Notes under the pieces: generated by a model
What the model was told of the DNA's origin: nothing
Seen by the model: only the letters and a program-made list of their open reading frames with translations
Database searches by the model: none
Shown here: positions 63,560 to 64,000 of the stretch, piece after piece
Position numbering within the stretch: position 1 is the first letter of the stretch
Layout of the letters: every line of letters begins with the position of its first letter
Made by a program: the position numbers and the translations under genes
Source of the DNA: Octopus sinensis
Taxonomy: Eukaryota
Direction: 5' to 3'
Length of the DNA stretch: 64,000 nt
Assembly: GCF_006345805.1 (NCBI RefSeq)
Contig: NC_043002.1
Span: 43,152,001 to 43,216,000 of the forward strand

Positions 63560-64000
63560 GTAACGAAACATATTTTTTTATTAAAAGATTAACTGTATGA
63601 GATTATACTTATAAACTCTAAACTAAATTTTGAAAAAGGGGGCCAAGAACTACACCTTAGGGATAAAAGGTCAAACATAAATATTTGACTTTACTTGTTT
63701 CTTTATTCATTTATATCTATTTTTGTGTTTGTGATATTATTTGTATTCAAAAAATCGTTTAATAAACTCATCTGCTATATATTGCTGGTCGTTCAATCGC
63801 ATTGAAGAAATTAAAAAACCGTGGTTACGCTAATAGCTTGAATTTTAATTCAAGTTATTAGCGTAAGAGATGTAGTTAGAAAATCTGAGAGACGATTTTG
63901 CAAGGTGGAACAAAATTGATTTTCAGCCCCTTGGTGATGACTATGGAAGTATATCCTCTGAATGGTCAGTCGTGATATATTATTGTAATTTTTTTCTTAA

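Overview
AT-rich, microsatellite-saturated animal genomic DNA. The repeat families (tRNA-derived SINEs, (TA)n/(TAA)n tracts) look like an octopus/cephalopod genome; this is inferred, not checked against a database. One large + strand gene dominates. I traced 21 GT-AG exons (13773-63559, 2827 nt, about 942 codons) that join in one reading frame. They encode a myosin motor domain (P-loop GESGAGKT, switch I NSSRFGK, switch II DMSGFE) with no IQ neck, an acidic linker, and the N-terminal transmembrane region of an animal chitin synthase: a lophotrochozoan-type myosin-motor chitin synthase. Its first exon was not found and its catalytic domain lies beyond the window end. Introns and upstream DNA hold R4/Dong-like RLE retrotransposons inserted in (TAA)n, plus Penelope-like (GIY-YIG), Tx1/L1, CR1-like, CRE-like, mariner and hAT remnants and SINEs. 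The most unexpected signal is a set of at least seven small non-coding inverted-repeat (foldback) elements, apparently unrelated in sequence, each carrying type I hammerhead ribozyme motifs (CUGANGA...GAAA-short stem III-UH). One of them also has a tRNA-like Pol III head.
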